A stretch of 42,704 bases of DNA from Nemertoderma westbladi (GCA_032718475.1 JAUCBJ010005545.1:1-42704); one strand, 5' to 3'. Counted from the first letter of the stretch, positions 11,449-22,450 are shown. Program-made: numbers and translations. The notes: generated by a model from the letters alone, not told the origin.

Positions 11449-12050
11449 AGTAGTAGAGGAAGAGGGTTCCTCACCATAGTCCTCCCTAGCTTGGGCTATG
11501 GGAGATATCTCGGAGGACTATTCAAAATGCCAAATTCCGGTGCTAAATTACGGTGTTTAATGACCATCTGCCACCATCAGTATTGATTCGCGTCGTTGCC
11601 ATCAACCAATCATCGATATTCACCTACGCGTAGCCTAACCTAGCGATGCCCACCTTACTCGACTGCTGTTACCACCCGTCAGTATTGATTCGCATTGTTG
11701 CATCAACCAATCATCGATATTCATCTTCGCGTAGCCTAACCTCACGATGCATGGCTAGCCCCCACCCCACACCACGCTATTATATTATATCGTTTGCCAA
11801 CTCATCGATTTACCCTCCGCTAGAGCTACTCGACTGCTGTTACCAAACTAACTAACTAACCAACCAACCAACCAGTATGATACATGAAATTCCGCTACGC
11901 GTCACATACACGTTCTCGCATTTCCATAGTTACTCAACCTAACCTAACCCTCTGCATCTACACCATATTGAAAGGCTACTAACATTATACCGCGTGTTTT
12001 TATTATAATTATTGATTATTATTATTACGCACAACCCAATGATTTATATT
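11449..12050 (+). repeat. Polinton left terminal inverted repeat
   Basis: The first ~165 bp are identical to the reverse complement of the right end and the match is near-identical to ~11764, then more diverged to ~12050. Contains a ~100-bp tandem duplication (11578-11650 and 11679-11750) and (CCAA)n tracts. Confidence 0.95.
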
Positions 12051-12230
12051 CCTACTCTCGCTACCAACCAACCAACCAACCAACCTTCTCAGTTTAAGAC
12101 CTGTATTATTTTTGAAAATATCTTATACTGTATATAATCTCTTGCTTTAATCACAATTAATCATTTATAATGGTTTTAGTTTAAAAGTTTTTACTTTGTT
12201 TGTTTGATTTACAATAAAATAAATTAAATA

Positions 12231-12674
12231 ATGTCTTCTGATTCCGATATGGTTATGCCAATAGTAAGGCATTCATTTTTTGCAGAAGATGGTGAAGCCT
12301 ATATTGTTATTGATTATACAATTTACCGTCGAGGAGATGATAAATATAAAATCGATTTTTCTGAAAAAGCCAGGAAAGTTTTAAGCTCAATTGATATTGA
12401 TGCTTCTGAAAATAGCATTCATCTCTTAGATTACAACCTAAAAGTTGATCATGTGGGAAAATTAATCAACATCTTACTATTATCCATGATAGAGGGGTTA
12501 ATTGTTATTACACAATACAACGAAGCTGGTGAAAAGTTTGAAATACGGCTAAATCGGCATAACCCCTACGAAATTATGTCTTTCTTTATTGTAATGATTT
12601 CAAAAGAATCCTTTGTCGAAACTGAAGAATCAACAGATAATGTGGAATTTGTTGAAAATATCATTGATTCTTGA
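12231..12674 (+). CDS. Polinton accessory protein of unknown function (147 aa)
   Basis: Intact ATG-started ORF in AT-rich DNA, first gene after the left TIR; no motif recognised. Confidence 0.6.
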   Translation: MSSDSDMVMPIVRHSFFAEDGEAYIVIDYTIYRRGDDKYKIDFSEKARKVLSSIDIDASENSIHLLDYNLKVDHVGKLINILLLSMIEGLIVITQYNEAGEKFEIRLNRHNPYEIMSFFIVMISKESFVETEESTDNVEFVENIIDS

Positions 12675-12859
12675 CTTTTCCCCCTATATTATAAATATTT
12701 TATGACTATTTTTAAAATTTTGATCTTTTTAATTATGAAAAAAAAATCAAATTTTAAATAATCGAAAATTGTAGTAGTATTTGTATATACAGTATATCGG
12801 ATTTGTTTGTTTGTTGTGTATTGAGGTAATTATTTTCAATTTACTTTAAAATTTGGAAA

Positions 12860-13309
12860 ATGGATATTTTAAACGAAAAATGTCCAGTTTGCTATTCTAA
12901 GTTATTGCAACATCGAGATTATTATAAATGTGAAAATAAACATGCAACTTGTATGCAATGTATTGTACAATATTCCGAAATGAATAATTATTGTTCTAAA
13001 ATTTGTCCTATTTGTCGCGCGCCCATATCTAAGTTAAATATAAAGTTGGCGAGATACAACCCCTATTATTGGAAAGAGCTACGAAATATAACTTATATTT
13101 CCGCGCAAAGTAATGATCCAGGAGATTTATTTACAATATTGGAGAATATTTTTTATAGAAATGTAGTACGACGGTGTTGCTACTATGTTCCTTATTTTTT
13201 TAGCAGCAAACATAAAAAAATCATTAGCGCGAAATTCCCGGGAAGTGATTTCCAAACTGCTGATGTTACCTATCATTATTTCGCGTATAAAGATGCTCAC
13301 CATGCTTGA
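12860..13309 (+). CDS. Polinton RING-finger (C3HC4) protein, putative E3 ligase
   Basis: CPVC-x11-CENKHATCMQC-x14-CPICRAPI. Confidence 0.8.
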   Translation: MDILNEKCPVCYSKLLQHRDYYKCENKHATCMQCIVQYSEMNNYCSKICPICRAPISKLNIKLARYNPYYWKELRNITYISAQSNDPGDLFTILENIFYRNVVRRCCYYVPYFFSSKHKKIISAKFPGSDFQTADVTYHYFAYKDAHHA

Positions 13310-13526
13310 AATTACATTGAAAATGAGTCTATACTATAATTGGAAATAGCACCTTTTGTTGCAGCGAGCGTCACATACTGTAGTTGTGTCATATGTTAAT
13401 TAAATATACAGCACTCTAATACTGTAGTTGCATCAATTATTGTTATATACATAGTAATGGTGATGGTTTATTGATATTTATATTATATTATATTGTATTT
13501 TTGATATATCTTAATAATAATAATAA

Positions 13527-14211
13527 ATGGCTGACTTTAATTCAGGTCCATATAATTTAAACTTTCAAATGGGAACGAGTATGATAATTTCTGGCCCATC
13601 TGGTTCCGGAAAGTCTACATTTGTTGGCAATTTAATTAAACACAAGAATGGTTGTTTCAACGAACCCCCCTTGCGAGTATTGTATTGTTACGGGAGCAAT
13701 CCCCCGACTATTCCCGGTATTACTCACCTTTACAAAGGTTTGCCTGAAAATATAGATAGTTTAGTGAATAGTCGAGATTTATTAATTATAGATGATTTAT
13801 TAACAGAAACTGAGTCCAGTACAGCTTTAACTGTATTGTTTACTAAGGTAGCTCATCATTCCAATATATTTATTTGTTTTATAATGCAAAACATGTTTTA
13901 CGGTGGGAAGCATAACCGCACAAGATCAATTAATAGCCATACCTTAGTATTAATGAAAAATCCGCGAGACAGTTTATCGGTTTTAAATTTCGCGAAGCAG
14001 ATGTTACCAGGGCAGACCAAATTTTTAGTAGATTTCCTATCAAGATGCGACTATTGAACCATTTTCACATTTCTTAATTGATTTACGACAGGAAACACCC
14101 GAACATTTAAGATTTAGATCGGTTATATTTCGTAATCATAATTGTTACATCAAAAATTACATTGACTATAAACGTAGCGAAAATAATAATAATAATAATA
14201 ATAATAATTAA
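13527..14211 (+). pseudogene. FtsK/A32-like genome-packaging ATPase (frameshifted)
   Basis: Walker A GPSGSGKST, Walker B LLIIDD, HH.N...QN and KNPRD motifs. After a frameshift near 14033 the typical C-terminus YQDATIEPFSHFLIDLRQETPEHLRFRS continues to a TAA at 14209-14211. Confidence 0.92.
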
Positions 14212-14244
14212 TATTTTGTAACAATTTTCAATAATGTTGCAACA

Positions 14245-14628
14245 ATGAATAGACTTGTGCAGAAATATCGTAACGAATTGGAATTTCTACGCAGCGCTAC
14301 CGCTCAACAAAGAACTTATTTTATTAACCATACCGCGAGTAACGAATTAATACGGCTCCTTGTAAATACCGCATTAAATGTTCTAAAAGGTAACGTACAA
14401 TTGACCCTTCATTCATTTAGAAATATTCGTCGTTATAAAAAGGTATTAAAATCACTCAACCGCAAAACAAAAAATATATCAAGTTACAGAAAAAAGTTAA
14501 CCAATCAATCTGGAGGCATACTACCGTTTCTAATACCCTTACTCGGCATTGGTGCGAAACTCGCCGCGAGTGCTGGCGCCGCCGCTGCTGGAGCGGCTAT
14601 TGCGAAAAAAATTAACCGCGGACGGTAA
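14245..14628 (+). CDS. Conserved basic Polinton virion protein with an adenovirus pX-like C-terminal motif
   Basis: NVLKGNVQL, a Lys/Arg-rich middle, then QSGG|ILPFLIPLLG, resembling adenovirus pX MRGG|ILPLLIPLI. Confidence 0.75.
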   Translation: MNRLVQKYRNELEFLRSATAQQRTYFINHTASNELIRLLVNTALNVLKGNVQLTLHSFRNIRRYKKVLKSLNRKTKNISSYRKKLTNQSGGILPFLIPLLGIGAKLAASAGAAAAGAAIAKKINRGR

Positions 14629-14849
14629 TAATGGTTAAAACGGGAGTAACATTTAGAAAATTATATTTAGTATTGAGTAAACCGTTAGCTACTGATTTAA
14701 AACCTCAAGATATACCTAGAGTAAATACTACAAAAAGAAAACCCTTTAAAACATCAACTTCAAAGAAAATAAAATAATTTCAGCTGTTTTTACGGTGATG
14801 CCCTTTATAAGAGATTTGAATATACATATTACTTGCGGTTGTCGAAAAG

Positions 14850-15922
14850 ATGCCACGCAAGATGAGACCGATTTTATCCTGAAGCTTAGACAAAAAACTG
14901 TTAAGAATTTATTTAGATCCTTCATCGCCTGCGGGTTTTGCAAGTATCGCAAAATTAGCAAAAGCCGCAAACATCAAACCAGCTCAAGCCCAGAAATGGT
15001 TGAGCGGGCAAAAGACATACTCCCTTCACGCACCACGTAGACATCATTATCCAACATCTAAAATATTCACGGGAGGGTTAAAAGATATATATATGATAGA
15101 TCTGGTGGATATGCAGTAATATAAATCACAAAATAATAATTATAACTATATATTAACATGTATTGATGCCTTTAGCCGGCTTGCTTTTGCCTATGGTATG
15201 AAGACAAAAACAGGTATTGAAATTATTAGTATATTGCAAAAAATATTCCAGAAGGGTAAACCAAACAGAATCGCGACTGATCAAGGTTCCGAGTTTCTAA
15301 ATAAATCTGTAAGGAAATATTTAGATACTATTGGTGTACAGTATTACGTAATGTACTCTGTGAATAAGGCGGCTATTGTCGAGAGATTCAATAGAAAATT
15401 AAAAACAAAGATGTTCAAAATTTTCACGCAACGGAGAAATAATGTTTGGATAAAAATTTTACTGAAGCTTATCTTTGCTTATAATAGGTCATTTCATAGG
15501 ACTATACAAATGACGCCCATTGAAGTTAATAAGTTTAATGAAACTGAAGTAATTAATCTGTCTAGATTAATCACAATAAAATAAAATTTAAAGTTGGAGA
15601 TACAGTACGATTATCTATCGCGCGTACTGCTTTTGCTAAAGGCTATCGAGAACAATGGACACGTGAATTATTTATTATTCATCGGGTCAGATTGGATAGA
15701 GTACCAGCGGTAATGTTCGATATTAAGGACAGAACCGGTGCTATAATAAATGGTTCATTTTATTCATACGAACTCCAAAAGGTCCACCCGAGTAGTAATA
15801 TTTATCTTCCGATTGACAAAAATATTGGCAAACTTAAAGAATGTGTACGCAATGGGAAAAAAGAATATTTAGTCCGATTCATTGGATCCAAGAAACAGTC
15901 GTGGGTACAGCATATTCAATAA
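14850..15922 (+). pseudogene. Retroviral-like (rve) integrase with a C-terminal chromo-like domain
   Basis: YLDPSSPAGF, IDLVDM, CIDAFSR, TDQGSEF and VERFNRKLK (DDE); then FKVGDTVR..F.KGY...WT.E and KEYLVRFIG...SWV. In-frame stops at 14880 and 15117 and a frameshift near 15555-15585. Confidence 0.92.
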
Positions 15923-16184
15923 GTTTAGGTTTATACTGTATATTAATTCATTTTGGTCACATATGACCGTAATTAATCAATATTAACTCGAATGATATTA
16001 CTATACTATACTGTAAGTCTAATATCTATAGTTCATTCGCTTTAAATAAAGCCAGTAAAATATTGATCCCTCGCATATACTGTAGAAGCGGCAATGAACG
16101 TGGTCACAGATGTCTATAGTTTAACATTATACAGTACAGTATGTACAAAGGAGTCAAGTAGAGAGAGCTTAAATAATAATAATA

Positions 16185-17767
16185 ATGGCTGTAGATACAT
16201 ATATCACTCTAGTTTCAGATAGCTCATTAAACACATACCCCAATAATAACTCTAGCGAGTTTACTGTTGATTTAGCCGAAGAATTATATATTGGTCCAAA
16301 TTCTAAAATTGGGCTTGCTGAGATTGAATACCAAGCAACATACAGTAATATTACTCTGCAAACTCAAATCTCGCTGTCAATCGGGGTAGATGCAAAAGAT
16401 GCCAAATTATACAGTTTATTTCCTAGTATGCATAGCTCTATTCAAGTCATTATTGATGATATAAATAAACTGTTTCATTCTGAAGCGAAATATAGAGATT
16501 TCGAATTCATTTTTAATACAAATAATTCTAGAATTAAATTTAAATTTCCTAAAAAGTTGAAAAAAATACAATTAAGTCTACGCGGTGATTTAATATAAAT
16601 TCTAGGCTTAAAACAGTTATTGGATCAGAATCATCCAGGTATTCCGAATTGGGATATACAGTACAGGCCACCAGAAAAAGCAGATTTCATCCAATGTGAT
16701 CACATGTGAACACATTTGTTCAAGTCATCTGATTGGCAGGTTATGGCTAGATATCTTCTAGATCACACAGCAGGAGGCTAACTTGCTGGGACCGACAAAG
16801 GCTTTGTATGCGGTGCACCTGTATGTCTGATATCAGGTAGATGAGAGAGCCCCCAGGGCGTAACATTGAGGACATGGGCTGTATTGGTAGAGAGATAACT
16901 ACATACAAGACCACATGGAGGTTCATGGAGTGTATGTGAGTGGCTGGGTATGTGGATGGAGGAGCCTAGACCATTAAATAATTAATTTAGTGCAGGGTGA
17001 TGTCGCGCCATTAGTCTGACACCGAGAGGGCACAGAGAAACACCAGAAGATGCCTTAACAGCACTAACTATAGGCCTGCCTACTAGAGACTATTAACCGC
17101 ATACTATAAAGGTAAACAAAATCCTTATCGCATTTCCATCTGCAGTAAGTGACAGTTCGCGGCAAACTACAGAGAGTTTCCAGATTACTAAGCGTTTCAA
17201 AAGTATTCAATTGTATCCTTTGGCGAAAAAATTTTGGTTGTTGCCAATTCAATTATGTTCAATTATGTTCAATTGTCCCGTTCAACAACATTACATTACA
17301 CTGGTACACATTTGATAAAATGTGTTCACAATTGTATAAATCTGCGTTTTCTGGTAGCCTGTACTGTATGCAGTACCACTACAGTGGATGAATTAAGCAA
17401 TATAGAACAGCCGATATTAATTTTAAATTATAGTGGACCAAAAATTTCGGAAATTGGGATTTTAGATTTTCCAAATCCCACGAATATTACTCGTAATAAA
17501 GATACAATCTTCATATATACAGATATTATTGAGAGCTCTTTTGTTGGTGACGCTTTAGCTCCGCTCTTAAGAACCTGTCCTTTAACACAATTAAATCGAA
17601 AATATATTAATCACAAATACGAGAGCATTTGCTATTACTCATTATTGAATAAAAAACTAAAAACAATCTTAATTACTTTACGTGACGGCCAAGGTGAATT
17701 AATTAATTTCAACGGTGGTCGCACTGTTATAACACTTAAGTTAATACGCGGTGGTGGTGATGGATGA
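16185..17767 (+). pseudogene. Minor capsid protein (penton/PX) copy 1, disrupted by a nonsense codon and a MITE
   Basis: N-terminus YITLVSDSSLNTYPNNNSSEFTVDL...IGLAEIEY and C-terminus IYTDIIESSFVGDALAPLLR...ITLRDGQGELINF...ITLKL. TAA at 16596. Removing 16659-17368 rejoins the halves in frame (NWDI|CSTTTVDE). Confidence 0.88.
16659..17366. mobile_element. Tc1/mariner-type MITE (708 bp) inserted in penton copy 1
   Basis: TIRs CAGTACAGGCCACCAGAAAAAGCAGATTT and AAATCTGCGTTTTCTGGTAGCCTGTACTG; TA TSD at 16657-16658 and 17367-17368. Confidence 0.9.
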
Positions 17768-18605
17768 ATTCTATGTTAGGCTACCAAGTAACTCCTGTCC
17801 AATTGATTTTCCCCGTAATACCGGTAGTAATTATCAGATCAATTTCCATGGTGCCTTACCTATAAATCCAAACGAAAACTGGGTGGTAGGTATAAAAAGT
17901 ATATTTTACTTAGCCACGTTACCGTCCATGTATAACAATGTAGAGAATGTTATTTTATTAAAAAAAGGGAAAAAAAAATTTGAGGATACACTTCCATCCG
18001 GCTTGTTCTACAGTATCAATGACATTATAGATTATTTTAACACTGGGGCGTTGAAAGATAAATTACAAATAGTTGAAAATACTCAGCAAAATAGGTTGCA
18101 ATTTATTTTAGGGAAAACTGTACGAGAGTTATTTATAGGTCAACAATTAGCCTATTATTTTGGAATTACTGAAAATAATCTCGGTGCGAATTTAAATCTA
18201 AATTTTAAAATTATTTTGAAGACGAAAAATAATATAAAGGGTTATTTAATAAAGATTATTGGAAATGAAGAAAAAGCTTACCAGATGGTATTTTTATGTC
18301 CTCAACCACCCAATTCTATTCCAGAACCTAAGTCGAACATGTACGTGACTACTAATATAATTGAAAATGAATATATTAATGATTTTGGTTTAGCTTTACT
18401 TCGTCGCGTGGCGATACCTGATGACATGAAATATGGTAGTGTAATAAATAAAGAATTTGCCAAGGATACAATTCATTATATTCCTATAAAAAAATCATAT
18501 AAGATAACATACATTCATATTGAAATAACAGACAAAGAAGGAAAAGATTTGAATTTTGAATACGGCACAACTTCTATTACCTTACACTTTAAAAAAATAA
18601 ATTAA
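17760..18605 (+). CDS. Minor capsid protein (penton/PX) copy 2, intact
   Basis: MDEFYVRLPSNSCPIDFPRNTGSNY...WVVGIKSIFY; MYVTTNIIE...LLRRV; HYIPI...IHIEITDKEGKDLNFEYGTTSITLHFKK. The ATG overlaps the end of copy 1. Confidence 0.88.
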   Translation: MDEFYVRLPSNSCPIDFPRNTGSNYQINFHGALPINPNENWVVGIKSIFYLATLPSMYNNVENVILLKKGKKKFEDTLPSGLFYSINDIIDYFNTGALKDKLQIVENTQQNRLQFILGKTVRELFIGQQLAYYFGITENNLGANLNLNFKIILKTKNNIKGYLIKIIGNEEKAYQMVFLCPQPPNSIPEPKSNMYVTTNIIENEYINDFGLALLRRVAIPDDMKYGSVINKEFAKDTIHYIPIKKSYKITYIHIEITDKEGKDLNFEYGTTSITLHFKKIN

Positions 18606-18606
18606 A

Positions 18607-19167
18607 ATGGATTCCAATTTATTTCAAAGATACAGTAAACCTCAATATGGTGGTGCAGACTCTAATCTTGCTGTTTTTAAAGGTGGTAGAAGTACGAGAG
18701 GCTCGACGCAAGTTCCTGTTTTTCGAGGTGGTTCATATATTGACCCTTACGGTCAACAATTGGTGCATTTGGTCCAAACTTAAAACAACGTCGATTTCAA
18801 CGTTATCGTAGAGGTATGCGGACAAATCAACACGGGGAAGGTATATTTACAGACGCTTTATCTACATTGAAAAAATTTGGAAAGCCATTAGCAAAAAAAG
18901 TTTTACAAAAAGCTTTACCATTTACCACAAAATTTATGAGAACACGTAATACCAAAAGGTAAGCGGGTCTTACATCAGCAGGCTAATACGGTTATTAATA
19001 AAGCATTAAACAAAATGAAACCATCAACAAGATCGGTCGTAGAAAATGTTTATAGAGATTTAAAGCGACCGACTAGACCAATGTCTATGAACATACATCA
19101 TCGTCATAGTAAAAATAGAAAAATAAAAGGCAAACTGAAACACTGCGAAAAAGGTATCTTTTTATAA
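18607..19167 (+). pseudogene. Basic core/membrane-lytic virion protein with GG protease sites (two frameshifts; absent from the ORF track)
   Basis: Manual translation: MDSNLFQRYSKPQYGGADSNLAVFKGGRSTRGSTQVPVFRGG / QRRFQRYRRGMRTNQHGEGIFTDALSTLKKFGKPLAKKVLQKAL / basic tail ending KGIFL*. Lies between penton and MCP. Confidence 0.7.
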
Positions 19168-20426
19168 TGTCAATTATTAAGGAATTAGATTTATTTTCTA
19201 CACAGCCAATATAGACTGAATTTAAAGCAAAGCATTATGAAACAATTTACCCGGTATCTAATCTCAGAAGTGAATCTAGGGAAGTCACGTTTCTTGTACC
19301 AAGATCCAATGAATTCTATACGAAACTGCAAGATGCGTTATTAATTATAAAATGTACTGTACGGTGGGATAGACGACTTGAAAACTCCCATATTTATATG
19401 TTGAATTACCCTTTTGGAACTATGTGGAGTGATATTAAAATAGACCTTAATGAGAAGCAGGTTGAAAATAGCAATAACCATTATTTCTACAAGTCGTACT
19501 TATCCAATTTACTATTTACAACATACGAATCTAAAAATGGGCTACTGGGGGCAGGCGGCTTTTGTCAGCCTTTATCCGAACACGGAAATGAAATTAATCC
19601 CGGCGCGCATCCTATTGGCGATGCCTTTAGTAAACAAATGCAATTTGTAAGCGGATTGACGATTGATTTTGATACTGAAAGTAAAATAATACAACCCGGG
19701 TATGATTTAAGAATACATTTTAGAAAAGTATCAAATTCGTTTATTTTTAAAATCACTCCAAACGCAAATGCTGTGACAAATCTTCGGCTAGAATTAGATG
19801 AAGTAAAGATCCTAATCCTTAGAATGGAGGTTAATCCAGTAATAGAAAGCAGCCATCTAAAAGGTTTAGAGAGCTACGATATTGAATATCAATTTAAAAA
19901 AAAAGAGGTTACTACATTTACTATTCCCGCTCAAACCACAAATTACACCCAAACAAACATATTTGATGGTAAAAAACCCAAATTAGTTATTATCGGTTTT
20001 ATAACAAATAATTCATATTCGGGAGAATTAACTAGTAATCCGTTGAAATTTGAACATTTTAACCTTAGACGCGCGGAACTGATTGTAGACGGTCTTCCAG
20101 TAGGTGGTGTAATATACGAGCCTAATTTTACAGATGGAACATACATTTTTGAGTATACTCAATTAATGAAGAACATTAGTACATATATTAACGGTTATGG
20201 AGGTAATAATATAGACCATGAAACCTACTTAGGTAATTGCCCACTCATATCCTGGGACCTAACTGCCGACGGCTATGTTAGAGATCCACAGCCATCGATA
20301 TATACTAACGGACAATTAAAATTAAGATTTGCCGAACTGTTGGTTGAGACCATAAATGTAATCGTTTTTAATATTTATGATCAATCATTAAGTTTAAATA
20401 GCAGGAAAGAAATACATATCGATTAA
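19167..20426 (+). pseudogene. Double jelly-roll major capsid protein (PY/hexon) with one premature stop
   Basis: The ATG at 19167 gives MSIIKELDLFSTQPI*TEF (TAG at 19212), in frame with ORF 19398-20426. Typical motifs: NHYFYKSYL..LL, F.G.KP....IGF..N..Y.G....NP..F.HF, WDLTAD, LKLRFA..L. Confidence 0.9.
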
Positions 20427-20428
20427 GT

Positions 20429-20892
20429 ATGTTATCTACAGTGGACCTTGATATGTTTCCAGTGGGTGGTCACTATTTGGGGGCATTTCCATCTAATAAA
20501 TTACCTAAATTAGATAATAATAATAATAAGCGAAGAGACTATGGGTTAATAGTAAATACCGATAAAGCGCATCTGCCAGGTGTTGATTGGGTGGCTATAT
20601 ATATACGAGATAATGAAGCTGAATTATTTAATTCGTTTGGTCCAAAATATCCAAACAGATGTATTGACATGTAAAATGGCTTGAGAAAAATTCAGCAAGG
20701 TGGTGTACTACTCGCAAGCAATTTCAAAACCCTAGAAGGACCATATGCGGGTTATACTGTCTTCATTACTTGGTAAATCGAATTCACACAAACTATCCAA
20801 TGAGAGCGTTTACAAATAATGTGGAAATAAATGAAATAATATTATATAAATGGCTTGTTAATTATTATAAAATAAACCAACAAACGTTGTAA
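20429..20892 (+). pseudogene. Adenain-like cysteine maturation protease (inactivated)
   Basis: YLGAFPSNKLP, IVNTD...PGVDWVAI (expected catalytic H replaced by D), FNSFG; after a frameshift near 20670, QFQNPRRTICGLYC continues to a TAA at 20890-20892. Confidence 0.88.
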
Positions 20893-20923
20893 TTAATCAT
20901 TTAACTTTTGTTTATCAGATAAA

Positions 20924-21525
20924 ATGGATATAATATTATTTTTGTTGATTTTCAATATTATACGATAGACAATAAGGAATATCCGGTAGTATTTAAAGAA
21001 TTTGCTATATTCGATTCTAATTACACCAAAACTAATGTAAAGACGTTTTTAATTAAAGGACCTCCTGATATTAAGTTATCAGCATTAGATAAAGCCCACG
21101 TAAACAATTTACGGGACATGACTTCACATTTACCCTGGGATTATGGTGACATTTCGCAAAATGACTTTAAAAAGTACATGAAGAGACATTTAAAATATAA
21201 AAAAAATATATATGTATTCGGGTTGATGAAGCTGGCAATATTAATTTCCAAACTTGATGTACTTGCTCCAAAATCGATGGAGAAATTGGGAATATATCAA
21301 CGGTATTACAACTATTTAACCCCTTGCCCCTTCCACGATCAATTTACTACACTAGAAAATAAATGCGCTTACCACTTAAACAGAAAGGATAACTGTCTGT
21401 GGTACTGCTCCGCAAAACGTGTCGGAGGGTATGAATTGAAACGATTATTCGTGAGAAAGCGATTAACTGAGACTGATGATAAACAGAAAGAAATAACTGC
21501 GGTGGAAGATGTACTCGTACAGTAG
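20924..21525 (+). pseudogene. DEDD/Maelstrom-like nuclease-fold protein with a putative ECHC Zn site
   Basis: The frame of ORF 21118-21525 is open upstream to ~20923 (IIIFVDFQ...FKEFAI...FLIKGP...HLPWDYGDI) and later has CPFH-x9-CA. The ATG at 20924 is out of frame by one extra TA in a (TA)n run. Confidence 0.55.
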
Positions 21526-22450
21526 GTTTACTCTAAGCATGTAATATGATGGGATAATATAATTGTTTTAATGTCAATAAAAATAATAAAAACATTAAAA
21601 TCTGTTTTTTATATCTTAGTTTGACTAAAGGTGGGGGGTTTAGGTTTACACTCTCAAACACACCACAACTACCGGTAGCCGACTGTTGTATCTGAGTTTA
21701 ACTACCAGTAGCTGACTTTACACATACAGACATATAACAGCAGCAGAATGGCTCCCCTTCAGTCCTTCTAGACTGACAGCACCCACAGCGCTTTAGCGTT
21801 ACTTACTAGTAATAAAATTAAATTAACTCGACATGTGGTTCGTGAATGCGGCATTAGAGTGGCCCCCCTAACAATAGGCCTACTGGTACCGGCACTGTAG
21901 CACTCTTGTAACTGTATACTTGGATACCGGTAGGGCAAGGGCACGCTGGTTTCTCCGATTTAAGGATTAGGCTATTACACTTGAATGCTTCCAATTTTAT
22001 GTTTACAACTTTAATTGGTCTAATCTACATTATTATTATTACTGCGGGGTACTGGTACTACTGTTGCATAGGTAAGCCTATACAGCTATAGTTAACTTTA
22101 TGCGGCCCCCCTTTTTCGAATGTTGACCCAATATGGTTTACGGTTAACCTTTAGAACTCGCGGATAGGCACACCTTCATTCGGTCAGGCATATAGGCCTA
22201 ATGACTACTCCTCAACTGAAAGCCGGCTAGCTCATTGATACAATAGGTGTGGCTAGCAATATATAAAATTCACCGCTCACAAGTTCATTCATTCACTCCA
22301 TGTTGTAGGCCTATATAAAACATAGTTAGTTTATTTATGTATTCGCTTTTTAATTAGATATAAAATATACAATACAAAAAACCTACTGATACTGGTAACA
22401 CATTAACACTGAACCAAACAGACGTGACTAATTATATACGAGTCTACTTG

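Noticed and set aside
11646-11855. ORFs within the TIRs (also 29582-29779, 29904-30137, 29975-30238)
   Set aside because: They arise from repeat sequence, differ between the two TIRs and have no motifs.
14795-15040. 81-aa ORF as a separate gene
   Set aside because: Alternative frame over the integrase N-terminus.
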